Notes under the pieces: model-generated
What the model was told of the DNA's origin: nothing
The model's database searches: none
What the model saw: the letters and a program-made list of their open reading frames with translations, nothing else
Made by a program: the position numbers and the translations under genes
In this document: piece after piece, positions 11,166 to 19,912 of the stretch
Layout of the letters: every line of letters begins with the position of its first letter
Numbering within the stretch: position 1 is the stretch's first letter
IMG/VR virus record: IMGVR_UViG_3300024983_000001
Span: 1-64,000 of that record
Length of the DNA stretch: 64,000 nt
DNA from: a virus
Strand: one strand, 5' to 3'

Positions 11166-11630
11166 TCACATTTCTGAAACAAATCCACACTCTTCTATCA
11201 TTTTAACTGTAAACTCGCACACACGCCTACCCCACATCACAAACGTTTCGATATCGTTTCGGTCCAAATATTCTTGCATATCCTTCCGTTTGTAAATATA
11301 TAACACCTCTGATGTAGCATTTCCGTGGATGATATAGGTACTCGTTTTTTGGGGATTATACAACCATCCATTTCTGCCGACTTCAACATAAAACTTCCCG
11401 TCTTTGAAATTTCCTTTTAGATCTGCGGTGAATAAACTAGATGGAGTGTGTATAGTAACATCACACCCAGCTATCTGCATTTTCTTATCACTTTGGTGAC
11501 GGCTGACTCGCCATCCCTTACGTTCTATCAGTGATATTGCATGTTCTTCGAATGCATCACCCTTTATACCTGATTCTCCAAACGCTTGTGCTGGAGTTTC
11601 GGTCCATTCGTTTGTTAGTCGTCTACTCAT
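11166..11630 (-). CDS. Putative PD-(D/E)XK nuclease-fold protein
   Basis: G..FEE helix, GCDV...ADLK pattern. Confidence 0.45.
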   Translation of the reverse strand: MSRRLTNEWTETPAQAFGESGIKGDAFEEHAISLIERKGWRVSRHQSDKKMQIAGCDVTIHTPSSLFTADLKGNFKDGKFYVEVGRNGWLYNPQKTSTYIIHGNATSEVLYIYKRKDMQEYLDRNDIETFVMWGRRVCEFTVKMIEECGFVSEM

Positions 11631-12112
11631 TATTCTACCCCAAAATGTTTCTTAATATCAGCAATATGTGTCATCGTTCGGCGATATTGTGGTGTGTCAT
11701 GCCCATCACGAGTTATGCCCGATTGAATAACCTTAATACACTCCTCGATTACTAAAGTAGCAACTCGTTCTTCCCATTCCCAAGCCACTGGTGTGCCCTG
11801 TGCATTATCTTCGCACCAAACTGTTGCTGCTGTTAATATTTCACGAATTCTATTATTCATATTCTCTCTTCATTATGATTCTTAACCGATATCAATGTTT
11901 TCCATCCCCGCATTATGTTTTGGGCAAACCATCATAGACCCTAACATAAACAGGATGAAACTTGTCTTGTAGTTTTCTGTGGGGAATGCGATAAACTACG
12001 TAGTACACCATCTTGCACAATTCAGCCCCCCAACTAACATAAATGAGTAGGTAGAAACCACAAATCATCAACCACATTCCAAGTGTTTCTAAAAAGCTTT
12101 TCAGTATTTTGA

Positions 12113-14020
12113 TCATTCTTCAACCTTTCCTTTCTTATCATTACTCATTAACCACTCTTTTCGTGGTTCTGAATCAGGACCAAATAAAAGATGTAAAGTC
12201 TCTTTCATCTTACCGTCGCCCGTTATGGGAAGAAGAAACTTATCGTCACTGATAATCATTTCCCAGTCCTCTTTTTCCATTGAGCCGAGTCCCTTATAGT
12301 ATGAAATTGTATAACCAGCAACCCTGTCTTTATTTTTTTCGTATTCAACACGGTTTGCAAAATGAATACGTTTTTTACCCTTAACAGCAGCAACGTTAGG
12401 AGCTAGTAGTCTGTAAAAATACGGCTTTTCTTTTGGATTAAAAAGCTCGGGCCAGAACTGATAAAACAGGCTAATTAAAGTAGCCATGATGTCTGAACCA
12501 TCCGGATCGCTGTCAGTTGCAATAACAACACGACCAAACCGTAACTCACCCCTATGTGCTTTTTGTCCTGGTATAAGACCTATACTTGCCAGCAAATCAG
12601 TTAACTTGCCCATTGCCAACACTTGAGCTACTGTGGAACCGTATACGTTGTTGATCTTACCACCCAATGGAAACGATCCGATGAGGTTGGGGTCACGAAC
12701 CTCAACCAAACTCGATGCAGCCGACAAACCTTCCGTGATAAACAGTGTGCACTTGTGCCGTTCTTTACTGACGGCGTCCAAAAGTCCAGGAACCTTCTTC
12801 TTCAACGACTTCTTGTGGTCTTTAACAGCTTTGTCGTTAGCATCAGCGTGATAGCGCTTGTATGCACGAGCCAAAACTTCATCTAACCACGTTTTGTTCT
12901 TACGGGCAAATGCAGACCAGTTTGACGATACAACATCAACCATTTCTTTGCGCATGCTTGGTCCAGTTAAACGTGTTTTTGCTTGGGAATCATACGTAGC
13001 ATTATTCAACTTCATAATACCAAACACTAACAGGTTTTGGCGGACATCATTCTTCGATACTTCACACTTCTGTTTCTTTGCTTCTTTTGCATGATGAGCA
13101 ATTACTTGGTCATAAAAGGCGTTAGTAAACTGTGTATTACAGATACCACCATCAAACAACAATGAGCTGTTTACCCACGTAAACACAGCCTCGTCCACTC
13201 CTTCGTAAGCATCAAACACAACATAGAACTCCATGTTTTCTGCCACAAATTTAAAGTAATTTGTCGAAATGTTCTTGACGATGTCTTCAAAGCCCTTCTT
13301 GTATTTGTGTTTAACACCGTTGTAATATACAGCAAGGTCGGGATTGTTAAATGCTAACTCAACCGCACGATTGCTCATCAACTCATCAGGTAAGGACACA
13401 TCTTTGAACACGGTATTGTCTAATTGAAACGATACTTTTGTGCCGGTTTCGGTGGATTTTCTTGATGTAATGCTTGGGGATAGGATTTTGCTAGCCCCAT
13501 CTTCAAACACCTGGATATATTGTTTGTTGTCACGATGAATTTCGACTTTAAATTCTGTGCTTGTTGCAACAACACAGGAACTTCCCACGCCGTTAACACC
13601 AATAACACCAACCTGTTTTTCATCATCGTTGAAGTTACGACCGGATCGAAGTGAACCAAATACAACTTCGGGCGTGTACTTACCCGTTTCGTGTTTATCA
13701 ATAGGCACACCTCGACCGTTATCAGCAATTGAGTACATACCCATACTTGGTGTTGCCTCGATCACCAATCGTTTATCAACAGTATCAATTTGAGCGAATT
13801 CGTCAATTGTGTTGTCAATAATTTCACCAACCGCCTTATACACAGCAGGAATAAAATCATATGTTTTGATTGAGAAGTTCCCACCAACAAACAATGGAAC
13901 ATTATACGAAGTTGTATTCATGTTACCCAAGTAAATTGCGGTCCGTTTACGAATATGCTCGTGGTCGGTTAGAACTTTGATATCACTACTTGTATATTCT
14001 TTTTTGCGCGAAGCTGCCAT
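12113..14020 (-). CDS. Type II DNA topoisomerase, ATPase/TOPRIM subunit (GyrB; T4 gp39+gp60 in one ORF)
   Basis: EIIDN, DNGRGVP, GVNGVG, EGLSA, PLGGK, DSDPDG, YKGLG. Confidence 0.93.
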   Translation of the reverse strand: MAASRKKEYTSSDIKVLTDHEHIRKRTAIYLGNMNTTSYNVPLFVGGNFSIKTYDFIPAVYKAVGEIIDNTIDEFAQIDTVDKRLVIEATPSMGMYSIADNGRGVPIDKHETGKYTPEVVFGSLRSGRNFNDDEKQVGVIGVNGVGSSCVVATSTEFKVEIHRDNKQYIQVFEDGASKILSPSITSRKSTETGTKVSFQLDNTVFKDVSLPDELMSNRAVELAFNNPDLAVYYNGVKHKYKKGFEDIVKNISTNYFKFVAENMEFYVVFDAYEGVDEAVFTWVNSSLLFDGGICNTQFTNAFYDQVIAHHAKEAKKQKCEVSKNDVRQNLLVFGIMKLNNATYDSQAKTRLTGPSMRKEMVDVVSSNWSAFARKNKTWLDEVLARAYKRYHADANDKAVKDHKKSLKKKVPGLLDAVSKERHKCTLFITEGLSAASSLVEVRDPNLIGSFPLGGKINNVYGSTVAQVLAMGKLTDLLASIGLIPGQKAHRGELRFGRVVIATDSDPDGSDIMATLISLFYQFWPELFNPKEKPYFYRLLAPNVAAVKGKKRIHFANRVEYEKNKDRVAGYTISYYKGLGSMEKEDWEMIISDDKFLLPITGDGKMKETLHLLFGPDSEPRKEWLMSNDKKGKVEE

Positions 14021-15066
14021 TATTGTCCTTTATTTTTCGTTGCTTTTTTACGTTTTTCACTTCGTTCGCACCACACCTTGACTTTCATCTGTGCTTCTAG
14101 TCCCGAACAGGTATTATCCTTTATAGATTTCATCACATAAAGCTTGCCATATTTTTTGACCGCCTCATCGACATCCTTACAGTTGCCAATGTCGGGAAGG
14201 CTTACACTCCAACCCAACTCCAAACCCTTTAGTGCTAATACATCACCATCACCTTTTCGGTCTGGAATAACAACTTTCAACCGTCGAGATCTGTTGATAA
14301 TTTTGCCCTGTGCTTCTGACAACTCGTTACCCAATACAGCAATTCCGTCAATAGCATATGCGTCAAAAAATCCTTCCACTATATATAACGGCAAATCTGT
14401 GTGTTGTTGAAGTTGGTCATACCCAAACAAAACGTTATCCTTTGTTGATGTTGCCACGTTCAGGTATTTGTTACTCTTGTTTCCTGTTAAATCTCTGCCT
14501 TGGTAAAAAATCAACTTTCCGTCTTTGTAGATGGGAATGATTAATCTGCCCTTCCACGACTTCTCTTGTGGTAAGGTGCCACCTTTAGACAAATAAAACG
14601 GATAGTCTCCAACCTTCATACCCCGTTCGTGTATCAAATAGTCTTCCGCAATTATTGACCATGGATCCTTGCTATTTGCTTCAAGTTTGTAGAAATGATC
14701 TGGTAAAGTTAGTACTTCTGGATCGAGTTTGATATCGATGCGCATAGGTGCTTTGGACTTGTTTCCACGCTTTTCTAACGCCTTAAATTTGATAATATCA
14801 AGGTATTCTGGAGGTATTCCATAAGCTGTCAGCACTTTTGTCATGTCATCAGACAAAAAACACACATCGTCATCAAATGTGGCTTTTGCCCCACAATTGA
14901 AGCAGTGATATGCAGTTTTACTATTTTCAAACTTCCATGCACCACGTTTCTTGTATTTGTGGTCATTACATACCTGACATGTAATAGCATACCATCCCTT
15001 TGCCGTTGTATTTGCGGGTAATGGTACGTACTGTCTAATGATTTGTTCTAATTTGATTTCATCCAT
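14020..15066 (-). CDS. DNA primase (T4 gp61-like)
   Basis: CQVC/HCFNC zinc ribbon, YQGR, KYLN, TOPRIM VEGFFDA and DRKGD. Confidence 0.85.
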   Translation of the reverse strand: MDEIKLEQIIRQYVPLPANTTAKGWYAITCQVCNDHKYKKRGAWKFENSKTAYHCFNCGAKATFDDDVCFLSDDMTKVLTAYGIPPEYLDIIKFKALEKRGNKSKAPMRIDIKLDPEVLTLPDHFYKLEANSKDPWSIIAEDYLIHERGMKVGDYPFYLSKGGTLPQEKSWKGRLIIPIYKDGKLIFYQGRDLTGNKSNKYLNVATSTKDNVLFGYDQLQQHTDLPLYIVEGFFDAYAIDGIAVLGNELSEAQGKIINRSRRLKVVIPDRKGDGDVLALKGLELGWSVSLPDIGNCKDVDEAVKKYGKLYVMKSIKDNTCSGLEAQMKVKVWCERSEKRKKATKNKGQ

Positions 15067-15109
15067 CTAAACGATTATACAGAAATTAGTATTTTTTTCA
15101 ACTGCAAAG

Positions 15110-15134
15110 AAAAAGGAGTCAAAGACTCCTTTTT
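15110..15134 (-). terminator. Intrinsic terminator after clpP
   Basis: AAAAAGGAGTC-AAA-GACTCCTTTTT. Confidence 0.8.
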
Positions 15135-15157
15135 GATTCGATCATTTGTTTTGTGAT

Positions 15158-15826
15158 CTAGTTTGTGGCAACTTGCTCCAATCCCTCAACATCATCGGTT
15201 ACTTTCCCAACTTTTTTGCTGGTTTTGGGTTTGGTTTGAATCGTCGATGTTTTTGTTAGATCCTTAAACATCTTGTTTAACCGCTTACGAACATCATCTG
15301 TATCTAACCATAGGTCCTCACCTTTCGTAATACGCTCAATTTCTTCGTGTGTCAAAAATGGATAACACAATTTTTTCATTAGTTTGTTAAACCATTTCTT
15401 TGTAGCTAGTAATTCGGCCTCTTGTTCATTGCCTTTACCATACATGCCGCTTGAATATGTGTGAAACATCATTTGACAGTCTTCATGAACTTGGAATTCG
15501 TCACCAGCAAGAAAAAGAAGTGTGCCTAGCGAATGTGCGGTTGATTCTAACACAGTAACTACGTGGGCTTGTGAACTACGAATGGCATTGATGATTTGCA
15601 CACCTGTATCTAATCTACCGCCTGGGGTATTAAGATGAATATAGATAACATCTTGTGGATTTGCTACTTTAATTCGGTGAATCATATCAACGTATTCGCC
15701 TGGTTCTCCCACAGGATCGCTTATGTAAAACGATATGTGTTTTGAAGGAATTGACATTTCGTACATCGAATATGGAAGCTGTTTGAACTCATCCTTACGT
15801 GTACTCGTTTTTTTATTATGGGACAT
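15158..15826 (-). CDS. clpP: ClpP-family serine protease
   Basis: HLNTPGG, AHSLG (Ser), MMFH (His), EDLWL (Asp). Confidence 0.85.
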   Translation of the reverse strand: MSHNKKTSTRKDEFKQLPYSMYEMSIPSKHISFYISDPVGEPGEYVDMIHRIKVANPQDVIYIHLNTPGGRLDTGVQIINAIRSSQAHVVTVLESTAHSLGTLLFLAGDEFQVHEDCQMMFHTYSSGMYGKGNEQEAELLATKKWFNKLMKKLCYPFLTHEEIERITKGEDLWLDTDDVRKRLNKMFKDLTKTSTIQTKPKTSKKVGKVTDDVEGLEQVATN

Positions 15827-15908
15827 ATAGATTCCTTCTGTTATGGTTATAATTATGTTCTAACTACAAACGTATTTATTATACCAAACTTTTTTGAAGA
15901 CCTCAATG

Positions 15909-15933
15909 AAAAAGGCTCCCGAAGGAGCCTTTT
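15909..15933 (-). terminator. Intrinsic terminator ending the tmRNA transcript
   Basis: AAAAGGCTC-CTTCGG-GAGCCTTTTT (UUCG loop) on minus strand. Confidence 0.85.
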
Positions 15934-16195
15934 AACCGTTTTGTTACAACGTGGTCAACGTCGGATTAGGCTGCAAGAGCCATATCGAAATGCGAGTCAT
16001 TTGCATTTATAGTTTTTGCTAGATTAACGTGATTCGCCTCACGAGTCTCTTGTTGTCATAATTCCCGTCAATCGATACCGTGGCATCCCCAGTGTCATTC
16101 AACATAAATAGATGTGGAATGGGTGCATATTATGGGTGGAGATGGAGGGAGTCGAACCCTCTTCTTGCCCAGCTTTGCTACAACCGTCATCAACT
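15934..16195 (-). ncRNA. ssrA: Circularly permuted (two-piece) tmRNA; acceptor piece ~16195-16134, intervening segment ~16133-16091, coding piece 16090-~15934; tag (A)ANDSHFDMALAA
   Basis: GGGGAUG (16090-16084) pairs with CAUCUCC (16144-16138) including G3.U70; discriminator A; T arm GAGGG-UUCGACU-CCCUC; resume codon GCA at 16004 after AUAAAU; tag ends LAA-UAA at 15966. Confidence 0.93.
16103..16110 (+). promoter_or_regulatory. Late promoter (CATAAATA) inside the tmRNA intervening segment, facing the endonuclease
   Basis: CATAAATAGATG at 16103-16114 is identical to the 12-mer at 326-337 upstream of the other endonuclease. Confidence 0.55.
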
Positions 16196-16200
16196 GGATA

Positions 16201-16208
16201 TATTTATA
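16201..16208 (-). promoter_or_regulatory. Late promoter TATAAATA for the tmRNA precursor
   Basis: Perfect TATAAATA immediately 5' of the acceptor piece. Confidence 0.7.
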
Positions 16209-16209
16209 C

Positions 16210-16818
16210 ATGAAGAATCGAAAAAAATCAACAATTTCCCTTACGTGCACAAAGTGTGGGGATCCCTTTGAACGAACCGTGTCCGATCACCAACGCCGTT
16301 TGAATAAGTTGCCAGATAGTACGAACTTCTTTTGTGGGAGAAGTTGTAGTTCAAGTTACCGTAACAGTCATCGTGCTAATAATGGTAACCATTTAAAGGA
16401 ATATCGGTTTGTGGTGGGTGATACCGCACGAATGGTATACGATCGGAATTTTACGTGGTATATTCATCGGCTCACTACAGATCGCAGACGTGGTTTAAAA
16501 TATAGCGGCGATCGGTTAGAGTTGCAGAGCATGCTAATGGATCAGTGGAAAATACAACAGGGGCGATGTGCCATTACTGGTGTACACTTACAATTACGAA
16601 TTGGCGCATCTGGTCAGTGTGACACAGATAATGTGTTCCAGATTGCCTCGGTCGATCGTATTAACAATGAATTGTCGTACACAAAAGGAAACGTACAGTG
16701 GGTTTCAATGGCGATTAATCGAGCCAGAGGGAACACAGATTTGTCTTTATTTAAGGAGCACTTATCCAACCTCGTGCAGACTATAGAGACAATTAATCAA
16801 GAACAATACAAAAAATAA
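16210..16818 (+). mobile_element. His-Me finger (HNH-like) endonuclease with N-terminal zinc ribbon
   Basis: CTKC and FFCGRSC; QQGRCAITG...SVDRI...YTKGNVQWV...IN. Confidence 0.7.
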
Positions 16819-16867
16819 ATCTTTTATTTTAAGGTTTACAACCATTAAAACTATTTATTTAAAATAA

Positions 16868-16983
16868 TACACTAAAAGACATTTCGGCCAAGAGCTTCGC
16901 GGCTCGTTCTGATGGGTCACGGCCTTGTCTGGTCAAGAACAAGCAAAAAATCCAGTTTACTAACCAAAATGCCTTTTAATGTA
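16868..16983 (-). ncRNA. Unclassified ~116-nt rod-shaped RNA with a central bubble
   Basis: 22-bp terminal stem with five G.U pairs, inner stem GCUUGUUCU(U)GA/UCAGAACGAGC, TATAAATA at 16993-16986 directly upstream. Confidence 0.7.
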
Positions 16984-16998
16984 ACTATTTATACAACA

Positions 16999-17411
16999 AT
17001 TGTAAGGCGCGCATCGTAATTCCCTCTGAATATGCCAGTTAGGTCAATTCCCAAACTAGACTACAAGATATCGAGAACTATCCAGGATTACCGCAACGCT
17101 GTTACAATAGTTAAACTCGTTTGTTTCAAAATGCAGTCAATGGCTCTATTCACTTTAAACGGTCTTCTGTGGCCGTACCGTAATGACGCAATCCGGTATT
17201 GCATCATCCAACTGCATTTTCAAATATTCGCGTCAGTGTTTGTCGCTAATTCGGCCACATAAGGGGGTAGATTTGTTGTCAGGTAAATCACCAAGCCTTA
17301 TATCTAGCTCAAAAGAACGAGATTTAAAAAAGGACTCTCGATCAGACCTAGCGTGTGTTTTGCGAGATCGATATCCTACACTCACGAATATTTGAAAAGT
17401 GTTTTACTCTT
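16999..17411 (-). ncRNA. Unclassified ~410-nt multi-domain structured RNA (or tandem small RNAs)
   Basis: Three stem-closed domains (17398-17217, 17220-17128, 17108-16999); no credible ORF; consensus sigma70 promoter upstream. Confidence 0.65.
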
Positions 17412-17417
17412 TTGTTA

Positions 17418-17446
17418 ATTATATACCAAAGTAAAAATATTGTCAA
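17418..17446 (-). promoter_or_regulatory. Consensus sigma70 promoter
   Basis: TTGACA-17 nt-TATAAT. Confidence 0.8.
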
Positions 17447-17994
17447 CAATCTCGTTATCAAAATCTTCTTTTATTTTGCTTTTGGAACCGTCTTTACAAT
17501 GTACTTGATACCATTAAACACAATCGGCTCGCCCATTATTCGGTGTTTGTTTACGTTTATTCCAGCATCAACCATACGCCGGAATAAGTCTGATTGTAAT
17601 GCTTTCATTGTTTTGATTCGAAAAACTTATGATTAAACCATCGTTTTGCTGTGGCCGACCTACTAATCCACATTAGTGCAGAACCTGCCAATAACATCAT
17701 ATTGAAATATGGTATAGCGGAAAGTAATAGTACTGTAAGGAAAAAATCTAGCGTCAAATATCCATCTAGATCTCGTTGAATCAACGAGATTCCTACAAAG
17801 GTTAGCACAGCAGACACCACCCACAATACCCAAATCATTTTATTTCTCCTACCTTATGAAAGGTGATTCCTAAAAACTTTTCTGCAAATCGTTCCATCAA
17901 AATAAGTGGATACATATTCGCGATTATAAAATATGCCCACACTTTATAAACTGTTGGGTGCCAGCCATACATGGTATTCTCCCGCAATAATCAA

Positions 17995-18315
17995 CTATTT
18001 GTTTTTCTTTAGAACGTGTATTGTATCTGGAGTATCCCAATGAGTGCACCACATCCTATCTGTGATCCATCGATCTACTTTTGGATTTGCGCACCAAACC
18101 TTGATATCCGTTGTTGTTTTTCCAGGCAATGTTATTAATCTGGCATCTTTAGCACGAGCAATGTCACCCTCATCAGTGCTATCAATTCCACCCTGATCGT
18201 TTAATTCATCGGCCTCGACAACTTTGTGGCGTTGTCCTTTGCTGAACATGCAACTAGAACAGTTGAGTCTAGTAACTAAATGTTCTGCTTCCAACAGTTG
18301 TTGTAGTAAACGCAT
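17995..18315 (-). CDS. Small 4-Cys protein (HiPIP-like Cys pattern), paralogue 1
   Basis: CSSC...WC...WCTHW; aligns by eye with 18328-18642. Confidence 0.6.
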   Translation of the reverse strand: MRLLQQLLEAEHLVTRLNCSSCMFSKGQRHKVVEADELNDQGGIDSTDEGDIARAKDARLITLPGKTTTDIKVWCANPKVDRWITDRMWCTHWDTPDTIHVLKKNK

Positions 18316-18327
18316 TTTTAGTACCCT

Positions 18328-18642
18328 CTACTTATACTCTTCGTGAATACCAGGAGCATTCCAAAAGTTACAACACATCCGTTCCGTTACCCACTGATCC
18401 ACGGCGGGTTGTTTACACCAGAGCTTGATAGTAGGGAACTTTGCACCAGGCATTGTAATCAAATCTGCTTTCTTGGCGCCTGCAATATCTTGTTTTGATG
18501 TGGGGTCAATCCCCCCAAACTTATTCAAATCGTCTTCTGTAACCTTTTCCGTTTTTTGATGTTTGGTAAAGTCACAATTAACGCAAGATGTGCCTTCTAT
18601 AATTTTTGGTTGTTCTTGCTCCATCAGTTCACGAATGTTCAC
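18328..18642 (-). CDS. Small Cys-rich protein (HiPIP-like Cys pattern), paralogue 2
   Basis: CVNC...WC...CCNFW; shares LN..GGID, DIA.AK.A.LIT.PG. Confidence 0.6.
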   Translation of the reverse strand: MNIRELMEQEQPKIIEGTSCVNCDFTKHQKTEKVTEDDLNKFGGIDPTSKQDIAGAKKADLITMPGAKFPTIKLWCKQPAVDQWVTERMCCNFWNAPGIHEEYK

Positions 18643-18676
18643 ACTTGATCACCACTCAATTAGTATCGAGCGTTGC

Positions 18677-18847
18677 TTATGCAAAACACGGGCAGTTGTG
18701 TTGTTCGGGGATATCATATGGACAAGATCCGCCGGGTTTTACCTTCTTCGCAACACAACCGGGCTTGCATGTTTCAGTATCAGCTCTAAATTTTTTACAC
18801 TGTCTGTTTGTTGTTTCTTCAATAACTTTGATGTCATTAAGTTTCAT
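18677..18847 (-). CDS. 56-aa six-cysteine protein not in the ORF track
   Basis: MKLNDIKVIEETTNRQCKKFRADTETCKPGCVAKKVKPGGSCPYDIPEQHNCPCFA; GAGG RBS; TATAAATA at 18904-18897. Confidence 0.7.
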   Translation of the reverse strand: MKLNDIKVIEETTNRQCKKFRADTETCKPGCVAKKVKPGGSCPYDIPEQHNCPCFA

Positions 18848-19109
18848 GTCGTAGTCCTCATTGTTGGTAGTTGGTTTGGGTAACCAACCATCTGTATATT
18901 TATATCTAGCTGTTAACCGCCGTAATAATCTACTCCTATCATCTTGACAACTTCCTCATGAATCCAGTTGAGGGCCATATCTTTATTCGTAAAATTTTTA
19001 ACAACAGGTTTATTACTGTCGATATAAAGAGATGCGACAACTTGACTACAATCTCCTTCAACGCAAAATGGATATGCTGCTTCTTTGCCCGCGACGATAA
19101 ATCGATTCA

Positions 19110-19658
19110 TTATTTGGTCCTTTTGTAGGTTAAAAAATATAGATTATCTGTTTGTGTACCACTGTCAATAGTAAAAAAATGATTGAGATATTTCAACTCG
19201 AAATATCTATCGCAATCATATGAATTTTTTACTACAGTCATGTATATAGTATTAGTCAGTGACAATGCCTCAACAAATAATTTTTCCCCACCTATAACAA
19301 AGATTTTCTTGTCGTCGTCTTTGTGATTATCACGGACTGCCCTCAAGTTCGGCACAACAGTAGCACCAACAACTTCAAGTTCCTTATTACGAGACACGAC
19401 ATAACAAACCCTGCCAGGTAATATGGAATCTATTTCTTCTTTGGTCTTCTTTTTGAGCATCATATCAAGGATTTCTTCGTATGTTTTACGACCCATCACA
19501 CATACTGAATTCTTTGTCGTTTTTTGGAAATGTTTGAAGTCATCTTTAGCGAATGCTTCATCTTTCCATGGAATCGCACCTTTGTTCCCAAATCCGCCTG
19601 TTTGCTCAACGGCGACAATGATATTCAGTGGTTTATATTCCGTATTAACCATATACAC
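19110..19658 (-). CDS. folA: Dihydrofolate reductase
   Basis: G.IPW...DFKHF, VMGRKTYE, LPGR, FVIGG, CDRYF. Confidence 0.92.
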   Translation of the reverse strand: MYMVNTEYKPLNIIVAVEQTGGFGNKGAIPWKDEAFAKDDFKHFQKTTKNSVCVMGRKTYEEILDMMLKKKTKEEIDSILPGRVCYVVSRNKELEVVGATVVPNLRAVRDNHKDDDKKIFVIGGEKLFVEALSLTNTIYMTVVKNSYDCDRYFELKYLNHFFTIDSGTQTDNLYFLTYKRTK

Positions 19659-19675
19659 GATTCCTTTGTTCTGTT

Positions 19676-19912
19676 TTATGAAAAGTTTGGTGATTTGCGA
19701 ACACTAATACTGCACCGATTAAACAATCGGCGAACAACATATCCCTTTATAAACATAGCTACGGTAAACCAAATCCCAATTTGGATGTTTTGATGCAAAG
19801 ATACCTGAATACCATACAGTGGAAAAATAACAATTTGCAACAACAGACTCAAAAAATAACCAGATACCACTTGAATAGCGGTTTCTATAAAACTATGACG
19901 TTTTGTTTGCAT
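19676..19912 (-). CDS. Small two-TM phage membrane protein
   Basis: MQTKRHSFIE...VRRLFNR with two hydrophobic helices. Confidence 0.6.
   Translation of the reverse strand: MQTKRHSFIETAIQVVSGYFLSLLLQIVIFPLYGIQVSLHQNIQIGIWFTVAMFIKGYVVRRLFNRCSISVRKSPNFS

Noticed and set aside
4755-14020. Separation of the two topoisomerase genes by 6 kb as something novel
   Set aside because: Unlinked topoisomerase subunits are normal in T4-like phages
16134-16165. Isolated T arm plus acceptor half read as a tRNA fragment or attachment site
   Set aside because: Its partner strand and a tag frame lie downstream, so it is the tmRNA acceptor piece; no integrase is present
16114-16209. N-terminal extension of the endonuclease ORF in the track, and ORFs 15818-16012 and 16080-16271
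   Set aside because: They overlap the tmRNA in antisense; ATG 16210 is the more plausible start
17032-17395. Plus-strand ORFs 17032-17262 and 17183-17395
   Set aside because: No RBS or recognisable motifs; the promoter and G.U pairing favour a minus-strand RNA
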